From a bacterium (GTDB lineage Bacteria; DUMJ01), in NCBI GenBank assembly GCA_014360335.1, contig JACIXS010000055.1, positions 9,582 to 73,581 of the forward strand: 64,000 nt of DNA. Direction: 5' to 3'. Positions 1 through 11,245 of the stretch are shown here, in pieces. The notes beneath the pieces are model-generated. The model made no database searches, was not told the origin of the DNA, and saw only the letters and a list, made by a program, of their open reading frames with translations. Each line of letters opens with the position of its first letter. Within the stretch, counting starts at the first letter, position 1. Both the position numbers and the translations under genes were made by a program.

Positions 1-710
1 AAGTGTGGATTAGCCTCAGCAAAGTGTATGCTTTCGATTCCATCTTCGTCTATTATTACAATCTCTCCCGGCTTTATCTCTCTGATAAATCTTGCTCCTA
101 TTATGTCTAATCCGCAAGACTCTGAGGATAATACATAACTTCCATTGAACTTTCCAAGGACAAGCGGTCTTATCCCATAAGGATCCCTTATTCCTATGAG
201 TTTATCCTTAGTAAGAAGCACCAATGTATAGGCTCCCTGGAAAGAGGGAAGCACTTTAAGTAATGCGGATACTATGTCTCCATCGTAGTAGAGAGAAATC
301 TTTTTAGCCATTAGCTCTGTATCTGAAGTTCCATAGACTCTTATTCCTTCTTCATCTAGTTCTTTCTTCAATTCTATAGCATTTACTAGATTTCCATTAT
401 GGGCTATCGCTAGAGTCTGCTCTCCTGAGACTAGTATTGGTTGGGCATTTATCTCTATGCTTGACCCTGTAGTGGAATATCTAACGTGTCCTATAGCTAT
501 ATCTCCTTTTAGGATGTTTAGTATCTTCTCATTGAATACTTGACTTACCAATCCCATCTCTTTGTAACATACGATATCCCTTCTATCAGATACCGCTATT
601 CCTGCACTCTCTTGTCCTCTGTGTTGAAGGGCAAAAAGCCCAAAGTATGTTAATCTAGCAACATCTGTATTTGGACTGTATATACCGAAAACGCCACAGT
701 ACTCTTTCAT
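1..710 (-). CDS. purF: amidophosphoribosyltransferase, N-terminal part (gene continues beyond window start)
   Basis: Reverse-complement translation from ATG (rc of 708-710) gives [12 protein letters not shown]..., the class-II glutamine amidotransferase N-terminal Cys motif of PurF. The start overlaps the purL stop as ATGA, and purF follows purL in the operon. Confidence 0.85.
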   Translation of the reverse strand, partial: MKEYCGVFGIYSPNTDVARLTYFGLFALQHRGQESAGIAVSDRRDIVCYKEMGLVSQVFNEKILNILKGDIAIGHVRYSTTGSSIEINAQPILVSGEQTLAIAHNGNLVNAIELKKELDEEGIRVYGTSDTELMAKKISLYYDGDIVSALLKVLPSFQGAYTLVLLTKDKLIGIRDPYGIRPLVLGKFNGSYVLSSESCGLDIIGARFIREIKPGEIVIIDEDGIESIHFAEANPH

Positions 711-2887
711 TTCATCCATCTCTCTATCCCACTGCTCCATTCCTTCTTTAGAGTTTCGATATCTAGATTGATTATCTCATTACCATTTATCTTTACAGTG
801 AAATTGTTTCTGATTACCTTACCTACCTTTTTTATAGGTATATCCTTAAAGAACTGTTCAATCTCTTTCTCTCTATCTGAGTCGACCGTTATTATGACTA
901 CAGGTTGTGCCTCTCCAAAGAGAACCTCTTCTGGAATTTTCCCTGTTTCTATGTTAATATCCACTCCTAAATTGCCCCATATACTACACTCTGCTAATGC
1001 TACTCCCAGTCCTCCTCTTGATACATCTTGGGCACTATTAATAAGTCTGCTTCTTATTGCTTTAAGTAGTAAATCCTCTAGTTTAACTTCTAATTCTATG
1101 TTAAATGAAGGTTTTCCCTTTACCTCTCCTAGGAGTTCCTCTATAAGAAGAGATCCACCAAGATTCCCAGGTTCTCCTAGGATATATATAGTGTCTCCCT
1201 CTTTCTTGAACTCGGGGGTACAGATTGTCTCTATATTCTCTATCTTACCCACCATACCGACTATAGGTGTAGGATATACAGTATAATTTTCAGATTCATT
1301 ATAAAAGCTTACATTTCCACCAATAACTGGTATATTCAATCTTCTAGCACATTCACTCATACCTTTTACTGTCTCTACGAAATACCATGCGACCTCCGGA
1401 TCTTCTGGATTTCCAAAATTTAAGCAGTCGGTTATTGCTAGAGGTTCCGCTCCTACACAGATGAGGTTTCTTGCGGACTCTGCTACCACCATCATACCCC
1501 CTATATATGGGTCTAGGTAGCAGTATCTCCCTTCTCCATCTGTAGTTATACCTAGGAGGTAAGGCTTCCCTTTTACTCTCAAGATAGATGCCCCTGTGCC
1601 AATACTTACAGTATTTGTCTCTACCATATGGTCATACTGCTGGTATACCCAACTACTTGAACTACAATTAGGTGAACCTAGTAATCTTAAAAGTACACCT
1701 TCGTAGTCTTCAACCTTAGGTATATTTTCTATTATTTGTATCTCCTTAAGTCTTTCTGGTTCTTTTGTTATTAAATCATAGGCTGGAACCTTCTCTGTAA
1801 GCAAGTCTATAGGTAATTCTCCTACTATCTTCCCTTTCTCTTTCACTCTTACGACCCTTTCTTCTATAACATGACCTATTATAGCAAAGTTAAGTCCCCA
1901 CTTCTCAAAGATAGGCCTTATCTCTTCTTCTCTACCTTTCTCTATACAGAGAAGCATCCTCTCTTGAGATTCTGAAAGCATAATCTCTTCAGGTGTCATA
2001 CCTTTTTCTCTCTGTGGCACCATCGTTACATCTATCTCTACTCCTACTCCACCTCTACTTGCCATCTCTACAGAGGAGCTAGTTATACCAGCTGCACCCA
2101 TATCTTGGATTCCTATAATGGCATCACTCTTTTCTAGCGCTTCTAGTATTGCTTCTATTAAGAGTTTCTCCATAAATGGGTCTCCTGCTTGGACAGCAGG
2201 CCTTCTTTCTATAGACTCACTAGTCAGCTCTAATGAAGCAAAGGTAGCTCCATGGATTCCATCTCTTCCCGTTGAAGCTCCTACCAATACAAGGCTGTTT
2301 CCTATTCCAACAGCTTTACCGCTTTTAGGTTTACCCTTTAATAACCCTACACACATGACATTTACTAAGGGATTTTCTGTGTATGGTTTTTCGAAAGCCA
2401 ATTCTCCACCGATAGTTGGAACTCCTATACAGTTTCCATACCCAGCAATACCGCTTACTACTCCTGAGAAGAGGTATCGCGTTTTAGAGTTATCTAATAA
2501 TCCAAACCTTAGAGAATCTAAAAGTGCTATAGGCCTAGCCCCCATAGCTAGGATATCTCTTACTATTCCCCCTACCCCTGTAGCTGCACCCTGGTAAGGT
2601 TCTATCGCCGAAGGATGGTTATGGCTTTCCATCTTCATAGCCAGAGCAAGTTCTTCGTCTAATTTTATTACTCCCGCGTTCTCTCCTGGTCCCTGTAAGA
2701 CATGAGGTCCAGTTGTCGGGAATAGCTTTAGCGTCTTTTTAGAGTGCTTATACCCACAGTGTTCAGACCACATAACCGCTATCATACCAAGTTCTAGGTC
2801 GTTAGGCTCTCTCCCCAGTATGGATTTTGCTAATTGATACTCTTCTAAAGTCATTGATATCCTTTGTAGTTCTTCTTTCGTCCTCAT
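707..2887 (-). CDS. purL: phosphoribosylformylglycinamidine synthase subunit PurL (small-PurL type, 726 aa)
   Basis: The 726-aa ORF carries AIR-synthase-related domains typical of PurL subunit II, with purQ and purS adjacent. Confidence 0.95.
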   Translation of the reverse strand: MRTKEELQRISMTLEEYQLAKSILGREPNDLELGMIAVMWSEHCGYKHSKKTLKLFPTTGPHVLQGPGENAGVIKLDEELALAMKMESHNHPSAIEPYQGAATGVGGIVRDILAMGARPIALLDSLRFGLLDNSKTRYLFSGVVSGIAGYGNCIGVPTIGGELAFEKPYTENPLVNVMCVGLLKGKPKSGKAVGIGNSLVLVGASTGRDGIHGATFASLELTSESIERRPAVQAGDPFMEKLLIEAILEALEKSDAIIGIQDMGAAGITSSSVEMASRGGVGVEIDVTMVPQREKGMTPEEIMLSESQERMLLCIEKGREEEIRPIFEKWGLNFAIIGHVIEERVVRVKEKGKIVGELPIDLLTEKVPAYDLITKEPERLKEIQIIENIPKVEDYEGVLLRLLGSPNCSSSSWVYQQYDHMVETNTVSIGTGASILRVKGKPYLLGITTDGEGRYCYLDPYIGGMMVVAESARNLICVGAEPLAITDCLNFGNPEDPEVAWYFVETVKGMSECARRLNIPVIGGNVSFYNESENYTVYPTPIVGMVGKIENIETICTPEFKKEGDTIYILGEPGNLGGSLLIEELLGEVKGKPSFNIELEVKLEDLLLKAIRSRLINSAQDVSRGGLGVALAECSIWGNLGVDINIETGKIPEEVLFGEAQPVVIITVDSDREKEIEQFFKDIPIKKVGKVIRNNFTVKINGNEIINLDIETLKKEWSSGIERWMK

Positions 2888-3534
2888 AGCGACCTCACTA
2901 TAGATTTAAATATTCTTAGTCCATCTTCTGAGCCTAGTATCTTCTCACTACACCTTTCAGGATGAGGCATAAGTCCAAATACATTTCCCCTTTCGTTTAC
3001 TATACCTGCTATATTGTCTAAAGCTCCATTTGGATTTTCTCCATAATATCTAAGGACTACCTGTTTTTCTACCTTAGAAAGGTCATCTATATAGTAGTTC
3101 CCCTCGTTATGTGCTATAGGCATCCTAACTATCTCTCCTTTTTCAAATTCAGAGGTAAATGGGGTATCATTGCGTTCTATAATAAGATTTACGTATCTAC
3201 ATATGAATCTTAAACTTCTATTTCTTCCCAATGCTCCTGGGAGCAACCCTGCCTCTGTAAGTATCTGAAATCCGTTACATATACCGATTACCAATCCCCC
3301 TTTATCCGCAAACTCTCTTACACTAGACATAATAGGAGAAAATCTAGCTATAGCACCTGCCCTTAGATAATCTCCATAAGAGAATCCCCCAGGAAGTACT
3401 ACACAGTCTATCCCTTTTAGGTCATTTTCTCTATGCCAGATAAATTTTACCGGTTGATTTAGGATATCTCTTATTACATAATAGCAGTCTCTGTCACAAT
3501 TTGTGCCAGGAAAGACAACTATTCCAAAATTCAT
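2884..3534 (-). CDS. purQ: phosphoribosylformylglycinamidine synthase glutaminase subunit PurQ
   Basis: ORF-track protein ...[14 protein letters not shown]... carries the class-I amidotransferase Cys/His motifs. The ATG at rc 3532-3534 forms an ATGA overlap with the purC-purS stop; an alternative upstream GTG lies at 3549. Confidence 0.88.
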   Translation of the reverse strand: MNFGIVVFPGTNCDRDCYYVIRDILNQPVKFIWHRENDLKGIDCVVLPGGFSYGDYLRAGAIARFSPIMSSVREFADKGGLVIGICNGFQILTEAGLLPGALGRNRSLRFICRYVNLIIERNDTPFTSEFEKGEIVRMPIAHNEGNYYIDDLSKVEKQVVLRYYGENPNGALDNIAGIVNERGNVFGLMPHPERCSEKILGSEDGLRIFKSIVRSL

Positions 3535-4484
3535 TCTATCCACTCCCACTCATAGTCTTCCATAACTGGGTTAGCAAGTAACTCTCTGCACATTCTTTCT
3601 ATCCTTTCTGGTTCATCTACCTTTCTATCCATCTTTAATTCTAGGAGTTTACCGACTCTAACCTCTATTACTTCGTTAAACCCTAAAGATTTTAATGCAT
3701 TTAGTATAACCGACCCCTGCGCATCTAAGATACTTGGTTTTAGTCTTATGAATATTCTAGCTTTCGAATCTATCGGAGTATTGATAACCCTTTCTTTTAC
3801 TTCCCTATAAGCCTCTTCTACTCCTCCTAAATCCTTTCTGAATCTATCCTTATCCCAAGATGTAGTAGTCCCTAGCTCCCATAATCTACAGGTATCGGGA
3901 GATATCTCGTCCGCTAGATATATATTGCCCTGTGAATCTTTACCAAATTCAAATTTCATATCCACTAATTCTAGATGGCACTTTCTAAAGAACTCTATAA
4001 GTATCTTATTTGTCTCTAGAGACATCTCTTTTATAGTCTTAAGCTCTTCTTCTGTTGCAAGATTTAATGCTAATATATGGTCTTCATTTATCATTGGGTC
4101 GTGAAGCTCATCACTCTTATAGCAGAATTCTAATACAGGTCTTTCTAGTTCTTTCCCTACATCTAGACCAAGTCTCTTTGCCATACTACCTGCTACCCTA
4201 TTCCTTATGATGACTTCTATGGGGAATATCTTCACGCTCTTTACGAGCATCTCTCTCTCGCTAAGTCTTTTTATATAGTGGTTTTTTATCCCCTTTATAG
4301 TAAGTAACTCAAATATCTTACTAGATATAATGCAGTTGGCTTCCCCTTTACCAGATATATCTGCCTTTTTCAGTCCATCGAATGCGGTAGCAGTATCCTT
4401 AAATTCTATAATGAACTTATCCTCTTCGGGGGTACTATATACCCGCTTAGCCTTACCCTCATAGAGAAGCTTAACTTTTTCCAT
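3531..4484 (-). CDS. purC: SAICAR synthetase fused to PurS (purC-purS fusion, 317 aa)
   Basis: The N-terminal ~235 aa is PurC-like ([18 protein letters not shown]...). The C-terminal ~80 aa (...[42 protein letters not shown]...[16 protein letters not shown]) is PurS-like. It is a single uninterrupted ORF. Confidence 0.85.
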   Translation of the reverse strand: MEKVKLLYEGKAKRVYSTPEEDKFIIEFKDTATAFDGLKKADISGKGEANCIISSKIFELLTIKGIKNHYIKRLSEREMLVKSVKIFPIEVIIRNRVAGSMAKRLGLDVGKELERPVLEFCYKSDELHDPMINEDHILALNLATEEELKTIKEMSLETNKILIEFFRKCHLELVDMKFEFGKDSQGNIYLADEISPDTCRLWELGTTTSWDKDRFRKDLGGVEEAYREVKERVINTPIDSKARIFIRLKPSILDAQGSVILNALKSLGFNEVIEVRVGKLLELKMDRKVDEPERIERMCRELLANPVMEDYEWEWIE

Positions 4485-4529
4485 TATCTACAATTCCCTC
4501 CTTATGTTTTTTGTTTCCTCAGAAAGGAT

Positions 4530-4558
4530 ATTCTACTAGAGTCCGATTATCAATTCAA
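4530..4558 (-). promoter_or_regulatory. candidate sigma70-type promoter of the pur operon (-35 TTGAAT, 17-nt spacer, -10 TAGAAT on minus strand)
   Basis: The minus-strand sequence TTGAATtgataatcggactctagTAGAAT lies about 45 nt upstream of the purC start, with a strong SD (AAGGAGGG) before the ATG. Confidence 0.45.
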
Positions 4559-4596
4559 CTGTGAATGTTGCATTGGATATATAGAATAATCATACG

Positions 4597-4628
4597 AAAA
4601 GAAAAAGCCCACAGGTCCTCCTGTGGGC
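4597..4628 (-). terminator. rho-independent terminator after the GH3 gene
   Basis: A 9-bp stem (GCCCACAGG 4607-4615 / CCTGTGGGC 4620-4628) with a 4-nt loop is followed on the minus strand by a T-rich tract (plus-strand AAAAGAAAAA 4597-4606). It sits immediately downstream of the GH3 stop at 4646. Confidence 0.6.
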
Positions 4629-4645
4629 TAGGAATAGAAGGAGAG

Positions 4646-6925
4646 TTACTTTACTTCAAAGGTTCCTTTAAGCCTTATATCTTCAGAGGAACTTCCAATT
4701 AAGACCTCAAAGATTCCTGGCTCGACTACCAGTTTCATATCCGCATTGAAGAATTCTAAGTCTTCTCTGGTCAAGGTAAACGAGACCGACTTCTTTTCCC
4801 CTATATCAAGGGTTATCCTCTTGAATCTCTTTAATTCCTTTACTGGCCTAGCGATACTGGCAAATTCATCATGGAGATAGAGTTGGACTACCTCGTCACC
4901 TTTGTATTTTCCAATATTTTCTACATCTAGAGAGATGGTGACCTCTCCATCTGGAGATATGACTTCGGGTGTGATTCTAAGATTACTATATCTAAACTGG
5001 GTATAACTTAATCCGTATCCAAATGGGAATAGTGGTTGGGGACCTCTGAGGTCTACATAATCGTCAACCCTTCCGGATGGTTTATAGTTGTAGTATAGAG
5101 GTAGCTGGCCTGTAAACTTTGGGAATGTTATAGGTAGTTTGCCACCAGGATTATAATCGCCAAATAGGATATCTGCTATTGCGTTTCCTCCTTCTTCTCC
5201 AGGATACCAGGCTTCAAGTATTGCTTTTACTCCACTAATCCAGTTCATCATAGTTATAGCACTACCATTTATAAGAACGACTATCACTGGAGTTCCAGTA
5301 TTACATATCTCTCTTATGAGATCTTCCTGAACTCCAGGTAGGTCAAGGTTGCATCTATCCCTCTGTTCTCCTTCTGTCTCAGGTACGGAGTTCCCCATAA
5401 ATAGTACTGCTACATCACTCTTCTTAGCTATCTCTATAGCTTCATCAAATCCTTTCTTAGATGTGTCATTTAATCCACAGCCCTCTGCAAAGTATATCTT
5501 AATATCTTTTCCAACCTTGTTCTTTATCCCTTCTAGCGGAGTTACTACCTTTATACCAAATCCACTATATCCTCCCAATCTAGGAACATTGGCGTTTGGT
5601 CCAATAACCGCTATAGATTTTATATCTCTACTCAGTGGAAGGATACCTTCATTCTTGAGTAGGACCATAGACTCTCTAGCAGACCTTAGTGCTAGTTCTC
5701 TATGCTCTTTGCAGTCACATATCCTTTCAGCATATTCAGGGTCAACGAACGGATTGTCAAATAATCCTAGCCAGAATTTTACCCTTAAGACTCTCCTAAC
5801 AGCCTCAGTTACAACATCCTCTGATAGTTTTCCTTCTTTGACAAGCCCCACTATCTCTTCGAAACATTCACTCTCAGGTAGCTCCATATCTAAACCTGCT
5901 TCTAAAGCCATCTTAGCTGCTTCTGCTCTAGATTTTGCAACCTTATGTTTTGTCATTAGATGAATTACTGAGCCATAGTCTGATACAACATAACCCTTAA
6001 AGCCCCATTCCTTTCTTAATAAGTCTGTTAAAAGCCACTTATTAGAAGAGCAGGGTATACCATCTAGAGAATTGTATGCAGCCATAATGGAGAGTGCATT
6101 TGCCTTTTCTACGCTTGCCTTAAAGGCAGGAAAATAGACCTCTCTTAATAATCTTTCAGAGAAATGGACCGCATTACTATCCCTTCCCCCATCCCCTACA
6201 AAGTTTGCCGCATAATGTTTAGGGGTAGTAACAACTTTTTGTTCTTGGAGACCTTTAATAAATGATACCGCCATAAGAGAAGCAAGATAAGGGTCTTCAC
6301 CGTATGTCTCTTCTGTTCTTCCACATCTTGGGTCCCTAGCTATATTTATCGTAGGTGAAAGTGCCTGATGTATACCTCTAGCCCTGGTCTCTTTGCCTAT
6401 TGCGGTAGCTACTTCATACATCAACTCAGGATTCCAGGTACTTGCCATGGCGATAGACTGGGGAAAACTAGTAGAACCCTTAGCCATACAACCGTGGAGA
6501 CACTCATCATGGATAAGTATAGGGATTTTTAATCTACTATTCTCAAGTATGTATTTTTGCATCTCGTTTGCAAGCTCTGCCCCTTCTCTAGGTGAAAAAG
6601 GTCTTAATGCACAGCTTAGTTCTCCTATCGGGTATTTTTCATTACTTCCCTCTAAGATTATTTCCTTCCATTTTTTCTGCCAGAGATTTCTGGATATAGC
6701 TTCTATAAGGTCTCGGTCTCTAAAGAGTTCACGGAATACGACATCAAACTTTCTTGCCTGCTCTGGCTCTAATCCCTCAAAGATATCTGCTAAGGATTTC
6801 CAGATATGCAAGATTCTAGCCTTAAGTTGACCTACCTTCTCCTCTAGGGTCATCCTAGAGAGTAGGTCTTCAACCCTTTCCTCAATCGAAAGCTCTGGAT
6901 TTAGATAACCTACTTTTTCCTCCAT
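4646..6925 (-). CDS. glycoside hydrolase family 3 beta-glucosidase/beta-xylosidase (BglX-like), cytoplasmic
   Basis: The 759-aa ORF has a GH3 N-terminus (LEEKVGQL), the catalytic-nucleophile context KGYVVSDYGS, and a C-terminal fibronectin-like domain. There is no signal peptide. Confidence 0.85.
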   Translation of the reverse strand: MEEKVGYLNPELSIEERVEDLLSRMTLEEKVGQLKARILHIWKSLADIFEGLEPEQARKFDVVFRELFRDRDLIEAISRNLWQKKWKEIILEGSNEKYPIGELSCALRPFSPREGAELANEMQKYILENSRLKIPILIHDECLHGCMAKGSTSFPQSIAMASTWNPELMYEVATAIGKETRARGIHQALSPTINIARDPRCGRTEETYGEDPYLASLMAVSFIKGLQEQKVVTTPKHYAANFVGDGGRDSNAVHFSERLLREVYFPAFKASVEKANALSIMAAYNSLDGIPCSSNKWLLTDLLRKEWGFKGYVVSDYGSVIHLMTKHKVAKSRAEAAKMALEAGLDMELPESECFEEIVGLVKEGKLSEDVVTEAVRRVLRVKFWLGLFDNPFVDPEYAERICDCKEHRELALRSARESMVLLKNEGILPLSRDIKSIAVIGPNANVPRLGGYSGFGIKVVTPLEGIKNKVGKDIKIYFAEGCGLNDTSKKGFDEAIEIAKKSDVAVLFMGNSVPETEGEQRDRCNLDLPGVQEDLIREICNTGTPVIVVLINGSAITMMNWISGVKAILEAWYPGEEGGNAIADILFGDYNPGGKLPITFPKFTGQLPLYYNYKPSGRVDDYVDLRGPQPLFPFGYGLSYTQFRYSNLRITPEVISPDGEVTISLDVENIGKYKGDEVVQLYLHDEFASIARPVKELKRFKRITLDIGEKKSVSFTLTREDLEFFNADMKLVVEPGIFEVLIGSSSEDIRLKGTFEVK

Positions 6926-6950
6926 ATTAAACCTCCTATCGAATATACTT

Positions 6951-8360
6951 TTATTTTCTCATCGCCTCTTTTAGTACCTCTATTAGATATGTTCTCTTTG
7001 CACAGTTGGAGAATTCAAACGCCGAATGGTGCATCTCTTCTATCTCAGTTTCTGTCATGTCTGCAAATTGTAATGCATATAGGGGAGCTAGGAAGTTACT
7101 GATAGCTCCACATATGATACGGTCACCTAATGTCCTAGTAAGGGTAGTATAGTCTAGACTATAGTCCTTTAGCTCTTCGGATACAGCCTGAGCTATGACC
7201 TCAATCATCCTAGCTGTTTCTATAGCAAGTAGTCCATGGCCTCTTGAAGTCCATGAATCAAGTCCTAACTTCTCTTTAAGCTTGAGAATAGGTTTAATCC
7301 TTCTCATATATTCACAATCTTCTTTGGGAACTGCAAGTCCTTGGACTCCTACATCCTTGTAGGTCCATATAGTCCAGTGTTGCTCATACTTATTAAATAC
7401 CTCTAGTTGGTCCTTTAGTGCCATAAGTCTAGCTTTATCCGCATTTGTTGGAGCATTAATTGGTCCATCGAATAATGCCCCGAATTCTCCAACCCATGAG
7501 GGTCTTTTACGTTCTAAAATCCAACTGTTCCTCTCTAAAAATATCTTCTCCATCCAGTTTTTATCTGCATATACATTACCTACATATCCAGGATACTTCC
7601 TCGCTCTATGAGTTGCTATTGTATAGTTATGGGAGCTGTAAACTAGGTTATCATCGAAAGGTTCATCCAAGCCTTCAAAGACCTGAGAATACCTATTCCC
7701 TTCAATAAAGATTATGTGTCTTTTGTCTACAGACCTTATTGCATATGTCCACTCCTTATAGAGCCTATTTAATATCTCCATATTTGGTGCATCTGGTTCA
7801 TTGAGTAGATTATAACCTGCAACATATGGTTCATCTTTATAGTGTTCTGCTATATAGACCCACAGATTCTTAACTCTTTCTTGATAGTCTCTATTTCCCC
7901 ATAGGAGTGTTATTCCATAAGGATTATCTGAATGCCATCCACGATTTTGCCATCCTGGCGCTGCATGTAGGTCTAAGATTATATAGATGTTATATTTCTT
8001 TCCCCATTCTATAGCTCTGTCTAGGTAATAAAAGCCGTTAGGGTCAAATTTGCCTGGATTCATATCATCTTCAAAATGTCTATAGTTAAATGGTATCCTA
8101 ACTACAGTTGTACCTATCTCTGAGAGAAACTTAAAATCGTCCTCTGTTATGAATGAGTCCAGAAGACTTTTGAAGAATATCTTATAACGCTCCTCTCCTA
8201 ATTCTTCTTTTATAGCTCTTCTTATGTTACTTTCTGCCCCTGGATAGCCGGTGATAAAATTCTCCATATTTAGCCATCCACCAAAGCATACTCCACGTAA
8301 GAATACCTTTTTACCTGATTCATCTACAATATATGGTCCTTCAACTTTTAAGAAACTCAT
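6951..8360 (-). CDS. glycoside hydrolase family 5 (endo-beta-glucanase/mannanase-like), cytoplasmic
   Basis: GH5 motifs are present: acid/base NEP (LLNEPDAPN) and nucleophile GEFG (WVGEFGALF). No signal peptide. Confidence 0.8.
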   Translation of the reverse strand: MSFLKVEGPYIVDESGKKVFLRGVCFGGWLNMENFITGYPGAESNIRRAIKEELGEERYKIFFKSLLDSFITEDDFKFLSEIGTTVVRIPFNYRHFEDDMNPGKFDPNGFYYLDRAIEWGKKYNIYIILDLHAAPGWQNRGWHSDNPYGITLLWGNRDYQERVKNLWVYIAEHYKDEPYVAGYNLLNEPDAPNMEILNRLYKEWTYAIRSVDKRHIIFIEGNRYSQVFEGLDEPFDDNLVYSSHNYTIATHRARKYPGYVGNVYADKNWMEKIFLERNSWILERKRPSWVGEFGALFDGPINAPTNADKARLMALKDQLEVFNKYEQHWTIWTYKDVGVQGLAVPKEDCEYMRRIKPILKLKEKLGLDSWTSRGHGLLAIETARMIEVIAQAVSEELKDYSLDYTTLTRTLGDRIICGAISNFLAPLYALQFADMTETEIEEMHHSAFEFSNCAKRTYLIEVLKEAMRK

Positions 8361-8380
8361 AGAGCCTTTGCCTCCTTCCT

Positions 8381-9379
8381 TTAAACGATAGCCTTATTTA
8401 AATTTGATGCATATAGGTAACACTTGACTAACCTGCCATCTATTAATATATCCTCTGGCATTTTACTTCTACATATATCCATTACATGTGGACATCTTCC
8501 TGCAAACTTACATCCCCTTGATTGATATTCCTTTTCCTCAAAACTTGAGAGTTCTATCCTTCCTTGCCATTTTCTCTCTGGGTCTGGTTCTGGGACAGAA
8601 TCTCTAAGAATCTTAGTATATGGATGTTTGGGATCGGTAAGGATCTTTTCTACCGAACCTAACTCTACAATGTTCCCTCTGAACATAATGGCGATTCTAT
8701 CGCTTACATAATAAGCAGTAGCTAAGTCATGTGTAATATACATTATGCTTACCCCTTGCTTCTCTTTAAGCTCTTTAAAGAGGTTACATATAGACATCTT
8801 AAGGGATGCATCTACCATAGAGACAGGCTCATCTGCTATTAAAAGTGCTGGTTTGGTGATGAGGGCTCTAGCTATTGATATTCTCTGTAATTGTCCCCCT
8901 GAAAATTCATGAGGATATCTTCCAGAGACCTCTTGAAGGGATAAACCTACCAGATTTAGAGCCTCGTCTATAGGCTTGAATGCATCCTTTTTATTGGCTA
9001 TCCCATAATTTACTACGGTTTCATAGAGATAAGAATCTACCTTCTTTAGAGGATTAAAAGTTTCAAAAGGATTTTGAAAGACAGGTTGAACCTCTCTCAT
9101 AAACCATAATTCCATTTCTCTCCCTTTTAATTTACTTACATCTTTCCCTTTATATAGTATATTACCTGAACTTGGAGGTATAAAGCCCAGTATCATTCTA
9201 GCTAAAGTGGTTTTCCCACTTCCACTTTCCCCAGCCAATGTGAATATCTCTGGTTTATTTAATTCTAATTCAAAAGAGACATTTTCTACAGCGGTTATTT
9301 TACTTCTAGCAAATCCGCTACCTATAACGAATACCTTTATAAGATTTCTTACCTCAAGGAGTTTGTTATTCTGTTCCAT
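8381..9379 (-). CDS. ABC transporter ATP-binding protein, OppF-like
   Basis: Walker A (GESGSGKTT), the ABC signature (SGGQLQR) and the C-terminal Opp-type extension are present. Confidence 0.85.
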   Translation of the reverse strand: MEQNNKLLEVRNLIKVFVIGSGFARSKITAVENVSFELELNKPEIFTLAGESGSGKTTLARMILGFIPPSSGNILYKGKDVSKLKGREMELWFMREVQPVFQNPFETFNPLKKVDSYLYETVVNYGIANKKDAFKPIDEALNLVGLSLQEVSGRYPHEFSGGQLQRISIARALITKPALLIADEPVSMVDASLKMSICNLFKELKEKQGVSIMYITHDLATAYYVSDRIAIMFRGNIVELGSVEKILTDPKHPYTKILRDSVPEPDPERKWQGRIELSSFEEKEYQSRGCKFAGRCPHVMDICRSKMPEDILIDGRLVKCYLYASNLNKAIV

Positions 9380-9381
9380 TG

Positions 9382-10365
9382 TTAGACCTCCTTAGAAACT
9401 AAAAAACACGCTACTTTATGACCGTCTCTGGCTTCCACTAAACTAGGAATCTCCTTCCTACATCTTTCAGTAACATAGGGACATCTAGGATGAAAGCTAC
9501 ATCCAGGTGGTAGATTACTAAGAGGAGGTGGAGAACCAGGAGCACTAACCCTATAACTCTTATCACCTATTTTAGGTAGAGAGCCTATTAGATATTTTGT
9601 ATAAGGATGCAAAGGATTTTTGAATATCTCCTCTGTCTTTGCCTCTTCAATTATTTTCCCAGCGTACATAATGGCTATTCTATCGCATATATTTGCATGA
9701 ATTGCCATATCGTGAGTGACGAGGATAATAGTATTTTTCTGTTCTTTTTGTATATCTTTAAGAAGCTGAATAACTCCTCTTTGGACTACAACATCTAATG
9801 CGGTAGATGGCTCATCCGCAAAGATGACCTTTGGTTTTAATATAGTGGCAAGTGCTATAGTCACTCTCTGCCTCATTCCTCCCGAAAGCTGATGGGGATA
9901 AGCATTCAGTACTTCTATAGGAAGCCCTAAGGCATTTAGATGTTCCTCAACTAGATTTTTAAATTCTTTCTTTTCTATTTTTTTATGAGCATTAATGAAA
10001 CTTTTGAATGAATCGCGAATCCTTCTTACCGGATTTAAGACGCTCATAGAGCTTTGAGGAATGTAAGAGATGTATTCCCACCTAATATTCTTTAGTTCTC
10101 TTGGACTTAGAGATAAGATGTTGAATTTCTTATCACCTATACTATAGTTTACATCTCCATCAAGAACCGTTAAAGGTGGTTTTACTATTCCTAGTAAGGT
10201 CTTTATTAGTGTGCTTTTACCACAGCCCGATTCTCCTGCAATTCCAAATATCTCATTATTATTGATGTCTATAGATACCCCATCTACAGCCTTTACTGTC
10301 CGTTTTATTCCAAAGATCTCCGTTATATAATAGGCTTTTAGATTTTCTGTTTTGAGAATAGTCAT
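9382..10365 (-). CDS. ABC transporter ATP-binding protein, OppD-like
   Basis: Walker A (GESGCGKST), the signature LSGGMRQR and the Opp C-terminal domain are present. Confidence 0.85.
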   Translation of the reverse strand: MTILKTENLKAYYITEIFGIKRTVKAVDGVSIDINNNEIFGIAGESGCGKSTLIKTLLGIVKPPLTVLDGDVNYSIGDKKFNILSLSPRELKNIRWEYISYIPQSSMSVLNPVRRIRDSFKSFINAHKKIEKKEFKNLVEEHLNALGLPIEVLNAYPHQLSGGMRQRVTIALATILKPKVIFADEPSTALDVVVQRGVIQLLKDIQKEQKNTIILVTHDMAIHANICDRIAIMYAGKIIEEAKTEEIFKNPLHPYTKYLIGSLPKIGDKSYRVSAPGSPPPLSNLPPGCSFHPRCPYVTERCRKEIPSLVEARDGHKVACFLVSKEV

Positions 10366-10369
10366 AGTT

Positions 10370-11236
10370 TCATCCCTTCATTACTTCGATCCTCTGGAGT
10401 CTAGTCCTAGGATCAAGGAATTCACTTATACTTACTGATAACATATACAGTGAAATGAATAAAAGGATACAGATAAATACTGGTGTTAATATCCACCACC
10501 AGATTCCAAGAAGGAGCGATTGAGAATTTACAGACCAATGTATCATTGTCCCTAAGGTTGGTATCTCAAGACTGGAGAGCCCTAGAATGGCTAATGTTAC
10601 TTCCATTCCTATGACCCATAGCATATTATTCATAGCAGTAGCCATAATTAGAGGGATAATAAATGGAAGGTATTCTTTTATAATAATACTTAGAGTTTTC
10701 ATCCCTGAAAGTTTTGCAGTATATGTAAATTCTCTTTCTCTAAGGCTTAAGATTTGAGACCTGAGGACTCTAGCGTCCCAAGCCCAACCAAATATCCCAA
10801 GAAGGATCCCTAGATTATTTATATTTAGTGCTCCTTTGATTACAGATGCAATTAGTATAAGTATTGGTAATAGAGGTAAGATTACAAAACTATCGTTTAT
10901 GGTCATTAAAAATCTATCTAAGAAGCCTCCTTTATATCCTGTAATTAATCCTAGAAGTATAGCTATTACTCTAGAGATGATAACTGCTATAACCGATAGT
11001 AAGAGGGAATTTCTTATAGCGTATGTGGCTAGCCAAAAGACATCCTGCCCCATAGATGTTGTCCCAAGAAGATGTTTTAAGGAAGGTGGCATATCTCTAG
11101 GGACTACATTCCAAACCTTCGGATCGTACGGAGAGAAAAATGACAAGATAGCAAGAAATATCATTAATGTCATAACTGAAAATCCAAATGTAAACCTCTT
11201 ATCATACTTTAATAGGTCTTTTATAGCTGAAAACAT
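10370..11236 (-). CDS. ABC transporter permease, OppC-like
   Basis: Multi-TM protein of the binding-protein-dependent transport inner membrane component family, lying in an Opp-type operon. Confidence 0.85.
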   Translation of the reverse strand: MFSAIKDLLKYDKRFTFGFSVMTLMIFLAILSFFSPYDPKVWNVVPRDMPPSLKHLLGTTSMGQDVFWLATYAIRNSLLLSVIAVIISRVIAILLGLITGYKGGFLDRFLMTINDSFVILPLLPILILIASVIKGALNINNLGILLGIFGWAWDARVLRSQILSLREREFTYTAKLSGMKTLSIIIKEYLPFIIPLIMATAMNNMLWVIGMEVTLAILGLSSLEIPTLGTMIHWSVNSQSLLLGIWWWILTPVFICILLFISLYMLSVSISEFLDPRTRLQRIEVMKG

Positions 11237-11245
11237 ACCTTCCTC

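Noticed and set aside
768-1286. Antisense ORFs inside large conserved genes: 768-1286 (+), 2118-2597 (+), 5349-5963 (+), 6393-6830 (+), 49771-50127 (-), 49865-50251 (-), 12846-13145 (+) and similar
   Set aside because: Each lies wholly within a well-conserved gene on the opposite strand. The translations are low-complexity, Ser/Leu/Pro-rich shadow frames with no recognisable motifs.
4485-4600. Possible purine or ZTP riboswitch or PurR box in the leader of the pur operon
   Set aside because: The ~115-nt leader shows a plausible sigma70 promoter and SD, but none of the conserved riboswitch cores (no GGAUAUGG/CCGUAAAU-type purine aptamer segments, no ZTP pseudoknot motifs). It is too short for a T-box.
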